Shown here one piece after another: positions 1-13,000 of a stretch of DNA of 64,000 nucleotides. The position numbers and the translations under genes were made by a program. The notes under the pieces are model-generated. The model was not told the origin of the DNA. It searched no databases and was given only the letters and a program-made list of their open reading frames with translations. How positions within the stretch are numbered: the stretch's first letter is position 1; each line of letters begins with the position of its first letter. The stretch is from Azolla caroliniana (Eukaryota; Plantae; Polypodiophyta). The stretch covers positions 19,282,001 to 19,346,000 of the forward strand of contig JBHGNT010000004.1 of assembly GCA_043228905.1 (NCBI GenBank), given 5' to 3'.

Positions 1-523
1 AAAAGTAGATGTCACACATAAAAAAGGTAAGTTCACATAGGATAAACTTTAGTTAAAAGAAAAACGCATGCTAAAAGAAAAATCTACGCATGCACATCTA
101 GCGTGCATGAACACTATAGTTGATAAAAAACGCACAAGTTAGAAAAAGCATAATCACTTTAGATAAAGCATATAGGAAAAGCATGGAGTCTATAATTAGA
201 GAAACGGCATGGGTTAGAAAAGACTCTCTCATCTCTATATAATGATGAGGAGCACAATGTAATGGGTGTGTGAAAAATATTTGGGAAATTAGATATATTT
301 CCTAAAACACCAATTAATATAATCGTGGGATTCACAAAGTTTTATATAATCTACCTCTTCCAATTTATGATAAATTGTTATTAGGATTCTAAATATTAAT
401 AAATCTAATAATCTATACTTGTGGAATTCACAAGTTTCTATCTCTCTTTCTAATAATCTATACATAACTATAAAATTGTCTCAAATTCTTCTTCCTCCTA
501 GTCCAAAACCCCAGCGGTTCCCA
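1..523. mobile_element. Probable right-hand end of an LTR inserted into the Gypsy extra ORF
   Basis: AT-rich block with a TATA-like CTATATAA (~235) ends in ...GCGGTTCCCA at 523. Composition then switches abruptly to GC-rich Gypsy coding sequence, whose minus-strand frame reads up to this point. The partner end is outside the window. Confidence 0.45.
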
Positions 524-2490
524 CTTGACTCACGCAACGATCCGATGCCGAAAGGCACGACACCGTGTCCAAACTCTATAAGTTCCGGTGCAGGTGGTCG
601 AAGTCCTTTGTCTTCTGCTTCAGCCTCTGGTTGACTTGCCGGCGAGCGCGGTCTTCCCGGTCCTTTTGTTGACGGAGTTCTTCTTTCAGCCTTTCGATTT
701 CCGTTTCCGCCATCCGTCGCAGCTTGTCCTTCTCCTGCAGCAATTTTCCTTTTTCCTCCTTTAGCCGGTCGTAAGCTTGATGCCCTTTCCGCAGATTTTC
801 TTCTGCCCGGCGGAGGTTTTCAGCAGTCTTCTTTAACTCCTCTTCTGCCGCTTTCTTCAAATCTCGTTCGCGGCTCCGTAGTGCTTCTTGTGCGGCAAGT
901 TTGTCCCTTAATTCGGCAAGCTCTTGGGCTTGCGTCGCATCTTTCTCCGGGACGGTTTTTGTATCCAAGGTCTTATTCGTATGTACAGGCGTGGTTGTTT
1001 CTTTATTCTGTACATCCACCGGAGTCACCGGTGCTTGGATCTGTGTTGCGGTTAAGGCCATTTTGGCCATGTCTTCTGTGACCCGATCCAAGTCTTGTTC
1101 AAGGCACCAGATCCTTGACCGGGCCGTCTCTAGTTCATCGGTTGTGACTAGCAACCGTTCCATCTGCGCTCGTTCTTCCGTCTCTACATACAGTATCACT
1201 CCGGCAACCTGCTCTCCTATCTACCAAAGCCATTGGCTGTCGGTGCCCTGTTGTTGCGTCTGCACGGAGGGTTGGCTAATGGGTTCACTTGCCAGTGGCC
1301 GGTCCCTCCTAACTCCGTCGAGCTGCAATTCCGTCTCTGCCTGCTGACCACTTTGTCGTTCCAGTTCTGGTTGTGTTTCGGTTGGCCGCTCTTGTTCTGC
1401 TTGTTCTTGGCCGGCTGAGGAAGGTAGCACATGCCTTACCGGCGCTTGCATTTCGGGGCTTGCCGTTTCTTGACCCGCTGGTAATGTTTGTTGTGTAGGG
1501 GCTTCTGAGACCAATTCCTTCCGATCCGGTTCCGGTTCCTCCCTTGGCGTGGGATTCTCAGTGTGGGGTAAAGGCGTTCCATCCTTCTGTGGGTCCGAAC
1601 GCTTCTTGGCTGATTCTGCGGTGCTCGTCGTCGGCCGCCGCTGGAGGTGCTCCGTAGGTTCTTCCTCTGTTTCCTCCTCCTGAGTCCCGGCATTCATTCT
1701 TGCCACCAGGGTGTCCGTTTCTTGCTGCACCGGTCGGCGGAGTGTGCCCTTCAGGGGCCATGCCGGTGTCTCCTCCTGCGTGTCCGTCGGCTGCTTCCGG
1801 ATAGCGTGCTCCTTCGCCGCCTGCTCCCTGTCGGTTGTCTTCCCCTTAGTGGTCTTGGTGGCCAACAACTGCTGTCGTTTTGAAGTAGCTTTCGGGGTGC
1901 TGTCCGTTACTCTTCCCCACTTCTTGGTCTGGACAGACTCGACAGGTGGCGCCAATAGGGTGAGCCATTGCGCCACCGCATGCCATATTTTCCGGCCTTC
2001 TTTGGCTTCCTTACCTCTTACGATGTCAATAGCCGCACACAATCCGTCGGCGATCAGCACCGGCGAATCCACCTTGACCCCTTCATATGTTGTGATGATC
2101 AAGCCTGCTCGGTTCTGAGGCATAACGGGGGGTCGAGGGTATACGTGGCCGAACTCATGGAGTACACAGGCAATTTCTCGGAATAACATATCTTCTCCAC
2201 CCTGTGTCCTGTAGCCCTTGCTGGCCAGAGAATACTCGCCAAAGTATTTGATGAGCCATTCGAAGGTAGGGTTGTAGTATAGATGCCCCCCTCCGGAAGG
2301 CCTGTTAGTGCACGAATCGCTTCCTCCGTGATCAGCTCGGTGTCAATTTCTTTGATGATCTTGTCGCCTTCTCTGTGTAGTGGTGCTTCCATGATTGTGA
2401 GGAACCCCTCCAATTCGTGTTGTCGTAGCCATTTCTTGGCGGCCTCAGAGAGAGTCTAGCAATCCATGTCTGCGTCGAGGTCGGACGGCG
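524..2490 (-). pseudogene. Extra ORF downstream of Gypsy integrase, same strand: ITEEAIRALTGLPEGG N-terminal region, T/E/Q/P-rich linker, C-terminal coiled coil
   Basis: ORF-track pieces 2413-2099, 2189-1221 and 1199-576 join through a frameshift and single stop codons. The frame continues past TAG at 576 to about 524. Confidence 0.7.
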
Positions 2491-2502
2491 TTGGTGAGGG
2501 TT

Positions 2503-2696
2503 GTGTATGAGGAAGCTCTGTGTGAGGAAGCTCTCTATGTGTTGGCTCTCTTCTGATGATCTTCAAGTGCATGTGTGCGTTTGTGCTCCTTCGTTTGTGC
2601 CTCTGTGTGAGGAAGCTCTGTATGAGGAAGCTCTCTATGTGTTGGCTCTCTTCTGATGATCTTCAAGTGCCTGTGTGCGTTTGTGCTCCTTCGTTC
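2503..2696. repeat. ~100-bp tandem duplication, with an internal GAGGAAGCTCT sub-repeat, in the spacer between pol and the extra ORF
   Basis: GAGGAAGCTCTCTATGTGTTGGCTCTCTTCTGATGATCTTCAAGTGC...GTGCTCCTTCGTT occurs twice. Confidence 0.85.
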
Positions 2697-2959
2697 GCGA
2701 AAGAAGATCTCGATGCGGGGGGGGTTTTCTCTCTGCATCTTGGCGCCTTTTTCGAGCCTACGCGTGTGCAGGTCGTGTACTATAATAGCATTACGTGCCA
2801 TGTGGCGGTGGTTTAATGCCCTATTCATAGCCCCCTCGTACCTTTTCGAAGTGCCTCTTTACTCCTCCTTTGCATGGCCCTTCACACCACTCCTTTGCAT
2901 GATTTCTTTGATTCGTTTCGATTTATTTTATTTTATTTTATTTTTTATCAATTGTTAGA

Positions 2960-4614
2960 TTAATTCGTCTCCGGTCCTATCGGACCCTTACCCGATTGAG
3001 TAATCTTGCCGGCCTCGTGACGGTTTTCCGTCCTCTTATCCAACCCGTGTGCCGGCTCTTTGTCCCCCTTACCGGCTTCATTGTTGCCGATTGCTAATCG
3101 GGTTGCCGTTGTTTTCGGTATGCCGGTATCTAGTTCAGCATCGGCCGTTCCTTGTTCAAATGGGTTCCTCGGCATGGGTCCCTTGTATGGCTTTAGTCAA
3201 AATCCGTTGACCCACTTACCCAAGACCTCGCCGGCAAGTGTCCCTAACTGGTAGGATCCATTGAACTCGCGTGTGATCCAATACGGTCTGGTCCACCGAA
3301 ACCGTAGTTTCCCCAACATTTTTCCCATCCGGGTCTAGAACACTAGTACCAGCTTGCCGATTCCAAACATCTTTTCATTTCCTTTTCGGTGGCGATCCAC
3401 AAACGCCTTTCTTCGCCGCTGCTCCAGTTCCAAGTGCATGATACTCGCTAGTCTGTGTTCTTCTAGTTCACACAGAGCTGCTAACCGAATTGCCTCCGAT
3501 TCCTTCTCGTTTAACCGTTCACTAATCTGAATTCGTAAGCTCGGGACCTGGAACTCTATCGGCATGACGGTCTCCAATCCGAATGCTAGACGGAACGGTG
3601 TGGTTTGGATGCTTGTTTTGTAGGCTGTCTGGTAAGCCTAGAGTGCGCTGTGCAATTTCGTATCCCAATCTGTGCGGTTTTCGTTGACGATTTTCCAAAG
3701 GATATTCTGTAGCATTTTGTTCGTCGACTCAGCTAACCCGTTTGCTTGCGGATAGTATGGCGTGCTCCATTTATGCACCACGGCATAGAACAACGTCAAG
3801 CTTTCCACCACTTGGCCGAGGATGTGCCCTCCTTGGTCACTTATTAGCTCGATCAGGCATCCATACCTGCACCAGATATATTCATACAAGAATTTCGTCG
3901 TCGACACCGCGGTGTTGTCGTGCAAGGCTTTGGCTTCTACCCATTTCGTGCAGTAATCCGTAGCTACGATCACATACCGGTTGCCGGTTCTCATTGCCGG
4001 TGGTTTGAATGGACCCACAAAATCCAGCCCCCATTTCTGAAATGGTTCTAACGGCAATACTGGGTGGTGCGGCATCCTAGCTTGTTCGGTTGGTTGGCCC
4101 ATTCGCTGACATGGATCGCATTCTTTAGCGTACCGAACCGCATCTTTCAATGTTGTCGGCCACCATAGGCCACTCTGCCATATCTTCCTTGTCGTAGCAT
4201 CTCCGGCGACTCCGCAGTGTGCTTCTCGTAGTATTACATCCTTCTCGTCACTGCGCACCGCCCGTCGCCATATCCCGTCCGCGCCTTTGTGGTATAGCGT
4301 GTCCCGTAATAAACAGAAGCGTCGGCTTTGTACCACCAAGTGTTTCCTCTCGTCTTGGTTCATCTCCTCCGGAGGCAATCCGGTGCTCAGAAATTGTTGC
4401 ATATTCATTAGCCACTTATCCTCTTGTGCCACCGTTTCATCTGTTGCCGTTTCCGCAATGACTCTAAATAGCTCAGCATCCGGAAACTCATCTGGGACTC
4501 CGTCACCACTCTCATCGAAATCTAACCGGCTCAAATAGTCTGCTACTGCGTGCTCTATGCCAGGTCGGTGGAATATTTCGAACTCAAATTCCTGCAACAG
4601 TAACGTCCACCATG
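2960..4614 (-). pseudogene. Gypsy pol 3' part (end of RNase H, integrase)
   Basis: WTLLLQEFEF, HHCC zinc finger, GLDFVGPF, ISDQG, QANGLAE; in-frame stops. Confidence 0.9.
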
Positions 4615-4619
4615 CCAAT

Positions 4620-5033
4620 TGTTAGGAAACAAGTCCCTCCGGATGGGAAACCGGATGTCGAGTACCCGGCTACAAAAGACCCGATGAGAACCGGAAGAGG
4701 AGTACCTGGCTACGGAACACCCGGTGAGAACCGGAAGAGGAGTACCCGGCTACGGAAGACCCGGTGAGAACCAAAAGAGGAGTACCCGGCTACGGAAGAC
4801 CCGGTGAGAACCGGATGAGGGGTACCTGGCAAGAGCCGGATGATGAAGGCCCGGTGAGAAGTGCTCACCGGATAAAGGGACATACTTGTAAATATGTTTC
4901 TGAGAGTCCATCGGGGCTATATTTGTAAATAGCCGAAAAGTCATATTAGTATAAATATGACTTAAGGCAAACTCAGTATAGGTGTTGTTGTCATTCTCGT
5001 TGGTGCAAGAAGAGAGAGAGCGTAACAATGTAC

Positions 5034-5064
<31 letters not shown>

Positions 5065-5337
5065 GGTTGTTGCCTCTGTTGTAACCGCCGCCTATGGCGA
5101 AGATCATGAGCACGAGGTCGTTGCCTCCGTGAGCTCACTGTTGTAATCATTGTGATATAGTGATAGTTTGGAGTCTGTGGACTCCCGTGGTTTTTCCCTC
5201 TTAGGGTTTTCCACGTTAAACATCCTGTGTACTCTTCTCTCCTTTGTGTCGTGCATTCATTTCCCGTTTTCTGTGTTTTTGATTCTAAGCTCGATTGTGG
5301 CCGAGCGTTGTTCATCGGGAGCGTGCAATTCCTGTCA
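4620..5337 (+). repeat. Copia 5' LTR (718 bp) with four copies of a 40-bp unit (4661-4820)
   Basis: Starts TGTTAGGAAAC, ends CCTGTCA; matches 9424-10090. Confidence 0.95.
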
Positions 5338-5367
5338 AAGTGGTATCAGAGCAAAACAACACAGAAA

Positions 5368-8300
5368 ATGGACGATTCATTGGGAGGCATGTTCAAGCTC
5401 ACTGGCTCCAACTATTCGGTGTGGAAGTCGAAGATGAGGGACATGCTCGTGGTTAAAGATCTTTGGTTGCCGGTTCAGTTCGGGGACAAGAGACCGGACA
5501 AGATCGACGCCGCGATATGGGAGGTGATGCACATGAAGACAACGGCCTACATACGGTGCTTCATCGACATGAGCCTATACAACAACTTCAATGAAGAGAG
5601 CAAGGCTCATGAGCTTTGGGAGAAAATCGGCATTATGTTTCAGAACAAAAATGTTGTTAATCAGGTTTCGGTATTCCGGAAGCTAGTAAGACTCCGGTAC
5701 CAAGATGGCTCCAGCATGGCGGAGCACATGAATGTCTTCCAGGGGCTAATACACCAAGCAACATCATTGGAAGTACCTCTCGCCGATGAGGTACTAGCGC
5801 TACTCCTGCTCGGTTCCCTCCCAGATAGTTGGGAGACGTTGGTTGTCACTTTGGGCAACACCGGGCCGGAAGGGAAACGGTTATCCCTAGCAACAGTGAA
5901 GTCGAGCTTGCTAGATGAGGAGGCGCATCGGAAAGATAAGGATACAAGCTCCGACTCCAAAGCGCTCCTTACCGAATCGGAATGCGGAAGACAAAGGAAC
6001 CGTAGTCCCCAAAACCGGGAAAAGTCGGGGACACGGTCAAAGTCAAGGGGGAGGCCTACTTGCTTCTATTGCGGCAAGTCGGGACACTTCCAGAAGAACT
6101 GTCGGCACTTCCGAAAAGACAAGGAAACTGACGGTACCGATTCGAAGCGGACACCAGAACAGAATGGTAAAGACCGGAGGGGAACGGACCGGAAGGGAAC
6201 GACGGCAATCGCGGCAAGTGAAGAAGAGTTGATGCTCATCACCGAGGAGAGTGAGATAAACCTTGTCGGCGACAAGATGACTTGGGTGGTCGACTCCGGA
6301 GTGTCGTTCCACCTTACCCCGAACCGGAAATGCTTCTCATCCTACTCAGCCGGTGATCACGGCTGTGTCCGGATGGGGAATGAAGGTACATGCCGAATTG
6401 TCGGCATAGGAAACGTGTGGTTGACAACACCAACCGGATACAAGCTGTTGCTGAAGGATGTCCGACATGTTCCGGAGGTTCGTCTGAACCTGATATCAGC
6501 CGGTCGGCTAGATGATGAAGGCTACACGGGTAGCATCCGGAATGGTGTTATGAAGTTCAACAAAGGGAGCCTGATTGTGGCTCGGGCCCGGAAGGTAAAC
6601 ACGTTGTACCTGATGAATGCTCGGTTATGTCCGGAGGAAGTGAACGTGGCATCCGACACTGCCGGTGAGTTGTGGCACAAGAGGCTGTGTCACATGAGCG
6701 AGAAGGGGATGAAGAGGCTTGCAGACGACAACCTCATTCCAGTGAAGAACATGCACTTGGAGAAGTGCGCTGATTGTCTGGCCAGTAAGCAAAATTGGAC
6801 CTCCTTCCGACCAAGGCCACCGATGAGACATAATGCACCACTGGAGTTGGTGCATACTGATGTGTGTCAAGTGGACACGAAGTCACATGCAAGATCGCAG
6901 TACTTCGTGACGTTCATAAATGACCACAGCCGGAAGCTGTGGGCCACACCGTTGAAGATGAAGGATCAGATGCTATCCGTCTTCAAAGAGCTCCACGCGA
7001 GAGTGGAAAGAGAAACCAGCCGGAAGTTGAAGGCGGTTCGAGCAAATAACGGAGGTGAATACCGGGGGCAGTTCGAGGAGTACTGTCGCTCGAAGGGAAT
7101 CCGGCTCAAATTTACCGTGCCGAAGATGCCAGAACTAAATGGGCTGGCCAAGAGGATGAACCAGACCATAATGGAGAGGGTCCGGAGTATGTTGGCGCAT
7201 GCAAAACTACCCAAGAAGTTTTGGGCTGAGGCACTGTCGACGGCGACATATGTGATAAACAGATCACCCTCAGTACCCTTGGACAGAGACACGCCACAGA
7301 GAATCTGGACCGGTAAGGAAGTGTCCTACCGGCATCTGAAGGTATTCGGATGTCTTGCGTACGTGCACGTTGCTAAGGACCGGAGAGGAAAGTTGGATCC
7401 AAAGACCCGGTCGTGCATATTCCTCGGTTACGGCGACGATGAGTTCGGCTACCAAGTGTGGGACTTGGTCGACAAGAAGGTATTCCGGAGTCGAGATATT
7501 ATCTTCATGGAGGACAAGACGCTCGCCGACTGGGAGTCGGAAAAGAAGATAATGAAATCTGAGTCGACCGGTAAGGATCGATTCTATGATGAGCAGACCC
7601 AACCGGCAAGAGACCGGTTAGCACTCGAGGAACCAACCGGTTACAGTGAGGATACCGAACCGGCAGAAGAAGAAGTAGAGGAAGCTGAAACCGGAACCGG
7701 CCAAGACCCCGAATCAGATTCGGATGAAGAGCAAATGGAGGAGCCGGTTACCGAAGCCCAAAGACGGAGATATCCTCTCAGAGAGAGAAGGCCCACCCGA
7801 AGATTTCCGGATGCAGAGCATGTGCTGCTAACCGATGAGGGGGAGCCAGAAAGCTTCGAAGAAGAGAAGGATGACACCCATAGCCGCAAATGGTTAAGTG
7901 CCATGCAGGATGAGATGGATTCCCTGCATGAGAACCATACGTACGAATTGGTGGAGTTGCCGAAAGGAAAGCGGGCACTCCGAAACAAGTGGGTGTACAA
8001 GTTGAAACCGGAGATGCCGGCAACCCCCCGAGATACAAAGCCAGGATCGTGGTGAAGGGGTTCCAGCAAAAGAAGGGCGTGGACTTCAACCAGATATTTG
8101 CCCCAGTAGTAAAGATGACCTCCATCTGGACGGTGCTGAGTATAGCGGCAAGCATGGACCTCGATGTAGAGCAGCTAGATGTGAAGATGGCATTCCTTCA
8201 CGATGACCTCGAAGAGGAGATCTACATGCATCAACCGGAAGGATTCGTGGAGAAAGGGAAGGAGCTCTTGGTTTGCCGGTTGAAGAAGAGCCTGTACGGA

Positions 8301-9413
8301 CTGAAGCAGGCTCCCCGACAATGGTACCGGAAGTTCGACTCCTTCATGACCGATCAAGGGTACCACAAGACGCAGGCCGATCACTGCGTGTTTGTGAAGA
8401 AGTTCGAAGGAGGTGACTTCCTGATACTCCTTCTGTACGTGGATGACATGTTGATCGTCGGACGGGACCAAGCCAGAATACGGATGCTGAAGAAGGCTCT
8501 CAACCGAACTTTCGCAATGAAAGACTTGGGTCCGGCAAGACAGATGTTGGGGATGCATATCATCCGGAACCGGCCAACGAAGCAATTGTGGTTGTCACAG
8601 GAGAAGTATGTGACAAAGGTGCTTCAGCGGTTCAACATGTTAGAAGCTAAACCGGTCAGATCGACACTCCCAGCAAACAGCAGATTATCCGGTAAGCAAA
8701 GCCCGAAGACGAAAGCAGAGAAGGCGGATATGATGAAGGTTCCATATGCCTCTGTCGTCAGGAGCTTAATGTACGCAATGGTGTGTACCCAACCGGATAT
8801 AGGATACGCAATCGGAGTGGTGAGCCGGTTTATGAGCAATCCCGGCAAGGAGCACTGGAACGCGGTCAAATGGATACTCCGGTACTTGAAGGGCACTTCG
8901 AACATGTGTCTCCGATTCGGCTCCGGTAAACCTCAACTTGATGGTTTTACCGATTCGGACATGTCGGCTGATGTGGATACCAGCCGATCTACATCCGGGT
9001 ATGCAATGACATATGAAGGGGGAGTTGTTTCATGGTAGTCGAGGCTGCAAAAGACGGTTGCGTTGTCAACCACGGAGACGGAGTACATGGCGGCTGTGGA
9101 AGCCGGCAAGGAAATATTATGGATGAAGGACTTCATCAGAGAGCTCGGTATCCAGCAAGATGAATATCGGCTCTATTGCGACAGTCAAAGTGCCATCCAC
9201 CTTGCTAAGAATGCGGCTTACCATTCCCAGACGAAACATATCCAGCGAAGGTATCACTGGATCCGGGAAAGAGTAGATGACCAGGAGTTCGCGCTGACGA
9301 AGATCCACACGGCCGAGAACGGGTCAGATATGCTGACCAAAGTATTGATACCCGACAAGCTGGATGCATGCCGGAAGCGGATCGGACTAGTGAGACATCC
9401 CATGCCGGAGTGA
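5368..9413 (+). pseudogene. Copia gag-pol polyprotein with one frameshift (~8010) and one premature TAG (9036-9038)
   Basis: ATG at 5368. CFYCGKSGHFQKNC knuckle, WVVDSG protease, LWHKRLCH, integrase core, RT YVDD, RNase H ...SDMLTK, TGA at 9413. Confidence 0.93.
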
Positions 9414-9423
9414 AGGGGGAGTT

Positions 9424-10090
9424 TGTTAGGAAACAAGTCCCTCCGGATGGGAAACCAGATGTCGAGTACCCGGCTACGGAAGACCCGATGAGAACCAGAA
9501 GAGGAGTACCCGGCTACGGAAGACCCGGTGAGAACCAGAAGAGGAGTACCCGGCTACGGAAGACCCAGTGAGAACCGGATGAGGGGTACCCAGCAAGAGC
9601 CGGATGATGAAGGCCCGGTGAGAAGTGCTCACCGGATGAAGGGACATACTTGTAAATATGTTTCTGAGAGTCCATCAGGGCTATATTTGTAAATAGCCAA
9701 AAATTCATATTAGTATAAATATGACTTAGGGCAAACTCAGTATAGGTGTTGTCATTCTTGTTGGTGCAAGAAGAGAGAGCGTGTAACAATGTACAGAAAG
9801 TGAGAGAGAGAGAAAGAGGTCGTTGCCTTTGTTGTAACTGCCGCCTGTGGTGAAGATCGTGAGCACGAGGTCGTTGCCTCCGTGAGCTCACTGTTGTAAT
9901 CATTGTGATATAGTGATAGTTTGGAGTCTGTGGACTCCCGTGGTTTTTCCCTCTCAGGGTTTTCCACGTTAAACATCTTGTGTACTCTTCTCTCCTTTGT
10001 GTCGTGCATTCATTTCCCGTTTTTTGTGTTTTTGATTCTAAGCTCAATTGTGGCCGAGCGTTGTTCATCGGGAGCATGCAGTTCCTGTCA
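9424..10090 (+). repeat. Copia 3' LTR (667 bp) with three copies of the 40-bp unit
   Basis: Follows the PPT; TG...CA termini; direct repeat of the 5' LTR. Confidence 0.95.
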
Positions 10091-13000
10091 CCAACTTACC
10101 GGTTAGTGACGCTTTGGAAACTAAATAGAGGAGTGCCGAATTATCTACGTGGAAGGAAAATTTCCTTCCCAACAAATAATGTTTGAATTTTTTCACGCTA
10201 TAGATCATGCCCAAAGCTTTCCTTTCCGTGGTGGAATAATTTCGTTCGGCTTGGGATAACTTTCGGCTTGCGTAATATACGGGCCGGTACCACCTTGGCT
10301 CCGTAAGTTGCATCAGTGCACTTCCGATTGCAATGTCGGACACATCCACGAACACATGAAACTCCTTAGCCCAATCCGGGGGTTGCACTACCGGCGCTTG
10401 CGACAATAATACTTTGAGTGCCCGGTACGCCTTGTCTTCGGTGTCGGTCCACTGGAACGGTGTTCGGTGTACCACAGCATGCAGTGGTGTAATAGGTCCG
10501 CCAGATACCGAAGCATTCGGCTATGCCACCGGATTTGGCCTAAGAAACGGCTTAATGCTTTGGTCGTTGTTGGTGTCGGTGCCTCCAAGATTGCTTTTAC
10601 TTTGTCCGGGTCCACGACAATTCCTTCCTTGCTCACAATGTGTCCTAATAGCGCCCCGCTTGACACTCCGAATACACATTTTGCCCGATTCAAGGTTAGC
10701 CGGTAAGCCCGACATTTCTCTAGACATAGTCGGAGGTGCTAAAAGTGATCTCCTTTCCGGCTATAGACGACGAAGTCATCCAGAAACACCTGCATGAATG
10801 TCGATATGAATTCTCCGAATATTTCCATGATGATCCTCTAGAACGTTGCCGGCGACGTTTTTAGTCCGAACATCATTACTATGGAAACAAACACTCCCCA
10901 TTCGGTGACGAAAGTCGTTTTCTCCTGGTCATCGGGGTGCATCCGGATCTGGTTGTATCTGTTGAATCCGTCTAAGAAACTGTATACCTCATGGCCAGCG
11001 ACTACGTCCAACACTCCATCCGTAAATGCACCTTACCTCATGTTACCGTCGCCGCATTAAGCTTACGGTAGTCGACACACACTCTAATTTTGCCGTTTTT
11101 CTTTGGTACGACTACTACCGGGCTCAGCCATGTAGATTTCTTTACTGGGCGGAGAAAGCCAACCCTCAACAACTTGTCGATTTTCTCCTTGACTTTGGCG
11201 GCGTAATTTGGATTCATCCGGTACCGCTGTTGTGCTACCGGTTTGGCGTCTTTGCTCAAATGTATCTGATGCTGATATAGCTGAGGATTGAGCCCTCGCA
11301 TATCTCGTAAGACTAGGCAAACACGTCCCGAAATTCTTTAAGAAGTGTAATCATCGCCGTTTTGTTCTCCGGAGTCATTTCCTTGGCGATGTGCACCGGT
11401 CTCGCCTCTTCCGTAGTTCCTAGATTTACCTCCTCTAGTTGGGATGCTTTAACCCGTTGCGATACGGCCATTTCTCTTTCCAGCGCCTCCTGTGCTTGTC
11501 GTAGCTCCCGGATCACTTCTTTATTTGGTTCCTCGTCGGCTCCGTCCGGTTGCAGTATGTATGGTGATATGGCTTCAGCTACGTCGATTTTGAACAGAGG
11601 TACGATCTTCGGATTATCCTGCAAGTATTGATCTACCTCTTCGTCTGCTAATCCATCCAGCATATTGACGCATTCGGCATATAGGGGTGTCAATTCCTTC
11701 CCGATACCCGTCCGTGGTTGTGTCAGTACCCGTACTTTTGCTTTTCCCCGCCGGAAGGTGATTATATTCTTCCTCCAATTTTGTTTAATGTGCACCGTTT
11801 TCAACCACGGCCGCCCCAACAATAGTGGGTAAGCTCCTTGTGCCTGTAGTTGTAACACTACTGCCGAGATGCGAAATGTGTGGCCACCGATCGTTACTTC
11901 CAAATCTCCTATCAAGCCAGTAGGTCGCACTGAGCTTGTATCTGCCATCCGCAACCAGAATGGGCATGGTTCCCACTCTTGGATTCCCAAGGTTTTGCAA
12001 ATTCAGAGGCTAATCACATTGACGTCAGATCCTCCATCTATTATTGTTTCGGGTAACTCCTTTCCCTTCACGATGGTTGTGATTGCCGGATTGTTTGTGT
12101 CTACTACCGTCGGTCCCTCCTCTGGATTTGAGAAGAATGTTGGAGCCGGTGGTGTTTCTCCTGCCATCATGCCTGTCTTGAGTCCTTCTATGAATCTAGG
12201 CACTAGTTGCATGAGTCGTCCTAATGGCAGCGTGATTTGGCATTCCTACAATGCCTGCCATGTTGCATTTTCAGGCTGACTGCCGCCGGCAAGCTCTTCA
12301 GTATTTTCCTTTTGCTGCGCAAGCTCTGCCATGTTTCGCGCATTCGCCTTTTTTACCCATTCCATTGCCTGCTTGCAGATGGCCTCTTGCGCCTCCCATT
12401 CCTTCGCCTTACCCTTCGATCTTGTGGTTACCTACTGCAGGTCTGCAACTTCGGCGACTACCATGTTCACCGTCGGTCGTTTATCATAGCTCTTTGATGG
12501 GCATTGATTACTATAATGTCCTTCTTGTCGTCAATAGTAGCAATATGCTTTCCGGGTAGTGCTGGATTCGGCGTTGTTTCCTGCTCCCAGTGGAGGACTT
12601 GTGGTAACGGCGGGGCTTTGATCTGGTTGGCTGCTTGAGGCATCCTTCTTCGAGTCCCGTAGGTGACCCCTTTTCTTGAAATGGTGTTTCTTTTTGTTCC
12701 AATACTCTTGACGGGGTTGGTCATCATGTCTGTCGTAGGCTTCCCGTCGTTGGTTGTAACCGGGGGATTGATCCCAATTGTATCTTTCATACCGTCCATT
12801 ATAATCCTGGTACCAATCATATCTATCATACCGATCATAGTTGTCCCTGTACCGGACATCCTGTGTCGGTCAGTATCGCTCTTCTCGCCTGCAACGTTCT
12901 TCTTCCTCCTCCTTGGTACTCCGTGGTTCGATTTGCCGAACCGGTGGTGCTTGGCGATTCAACAAATTGTACTCACACTGCTCCATTGTGTGGTTCCTGG

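Larger units (their letters stand above)
4620..10090 (+). mobile_element. Near full-length Ty1/Copia LTR retrotransposon (Tork/Tnt1-like)
   Basis: TG...CA LTRs at 4620-5337 and 9424-10090. PBS TGGTATCAGAGC (tRNA-iMet) at 5341-5352. PPT GAAGGGGGAG at 9412-9421. TSD CCAAT/CCAAC. Domain order gag-PR-INT-RT-RH. Confidence 0.97.

Noticed and set aside
4661-4820. Regular 40-bp repeats resembling a CRISPR array
   Set aside because: Head-to-tail units with no unique spacers, inside an LTR in eukaryotic DNA
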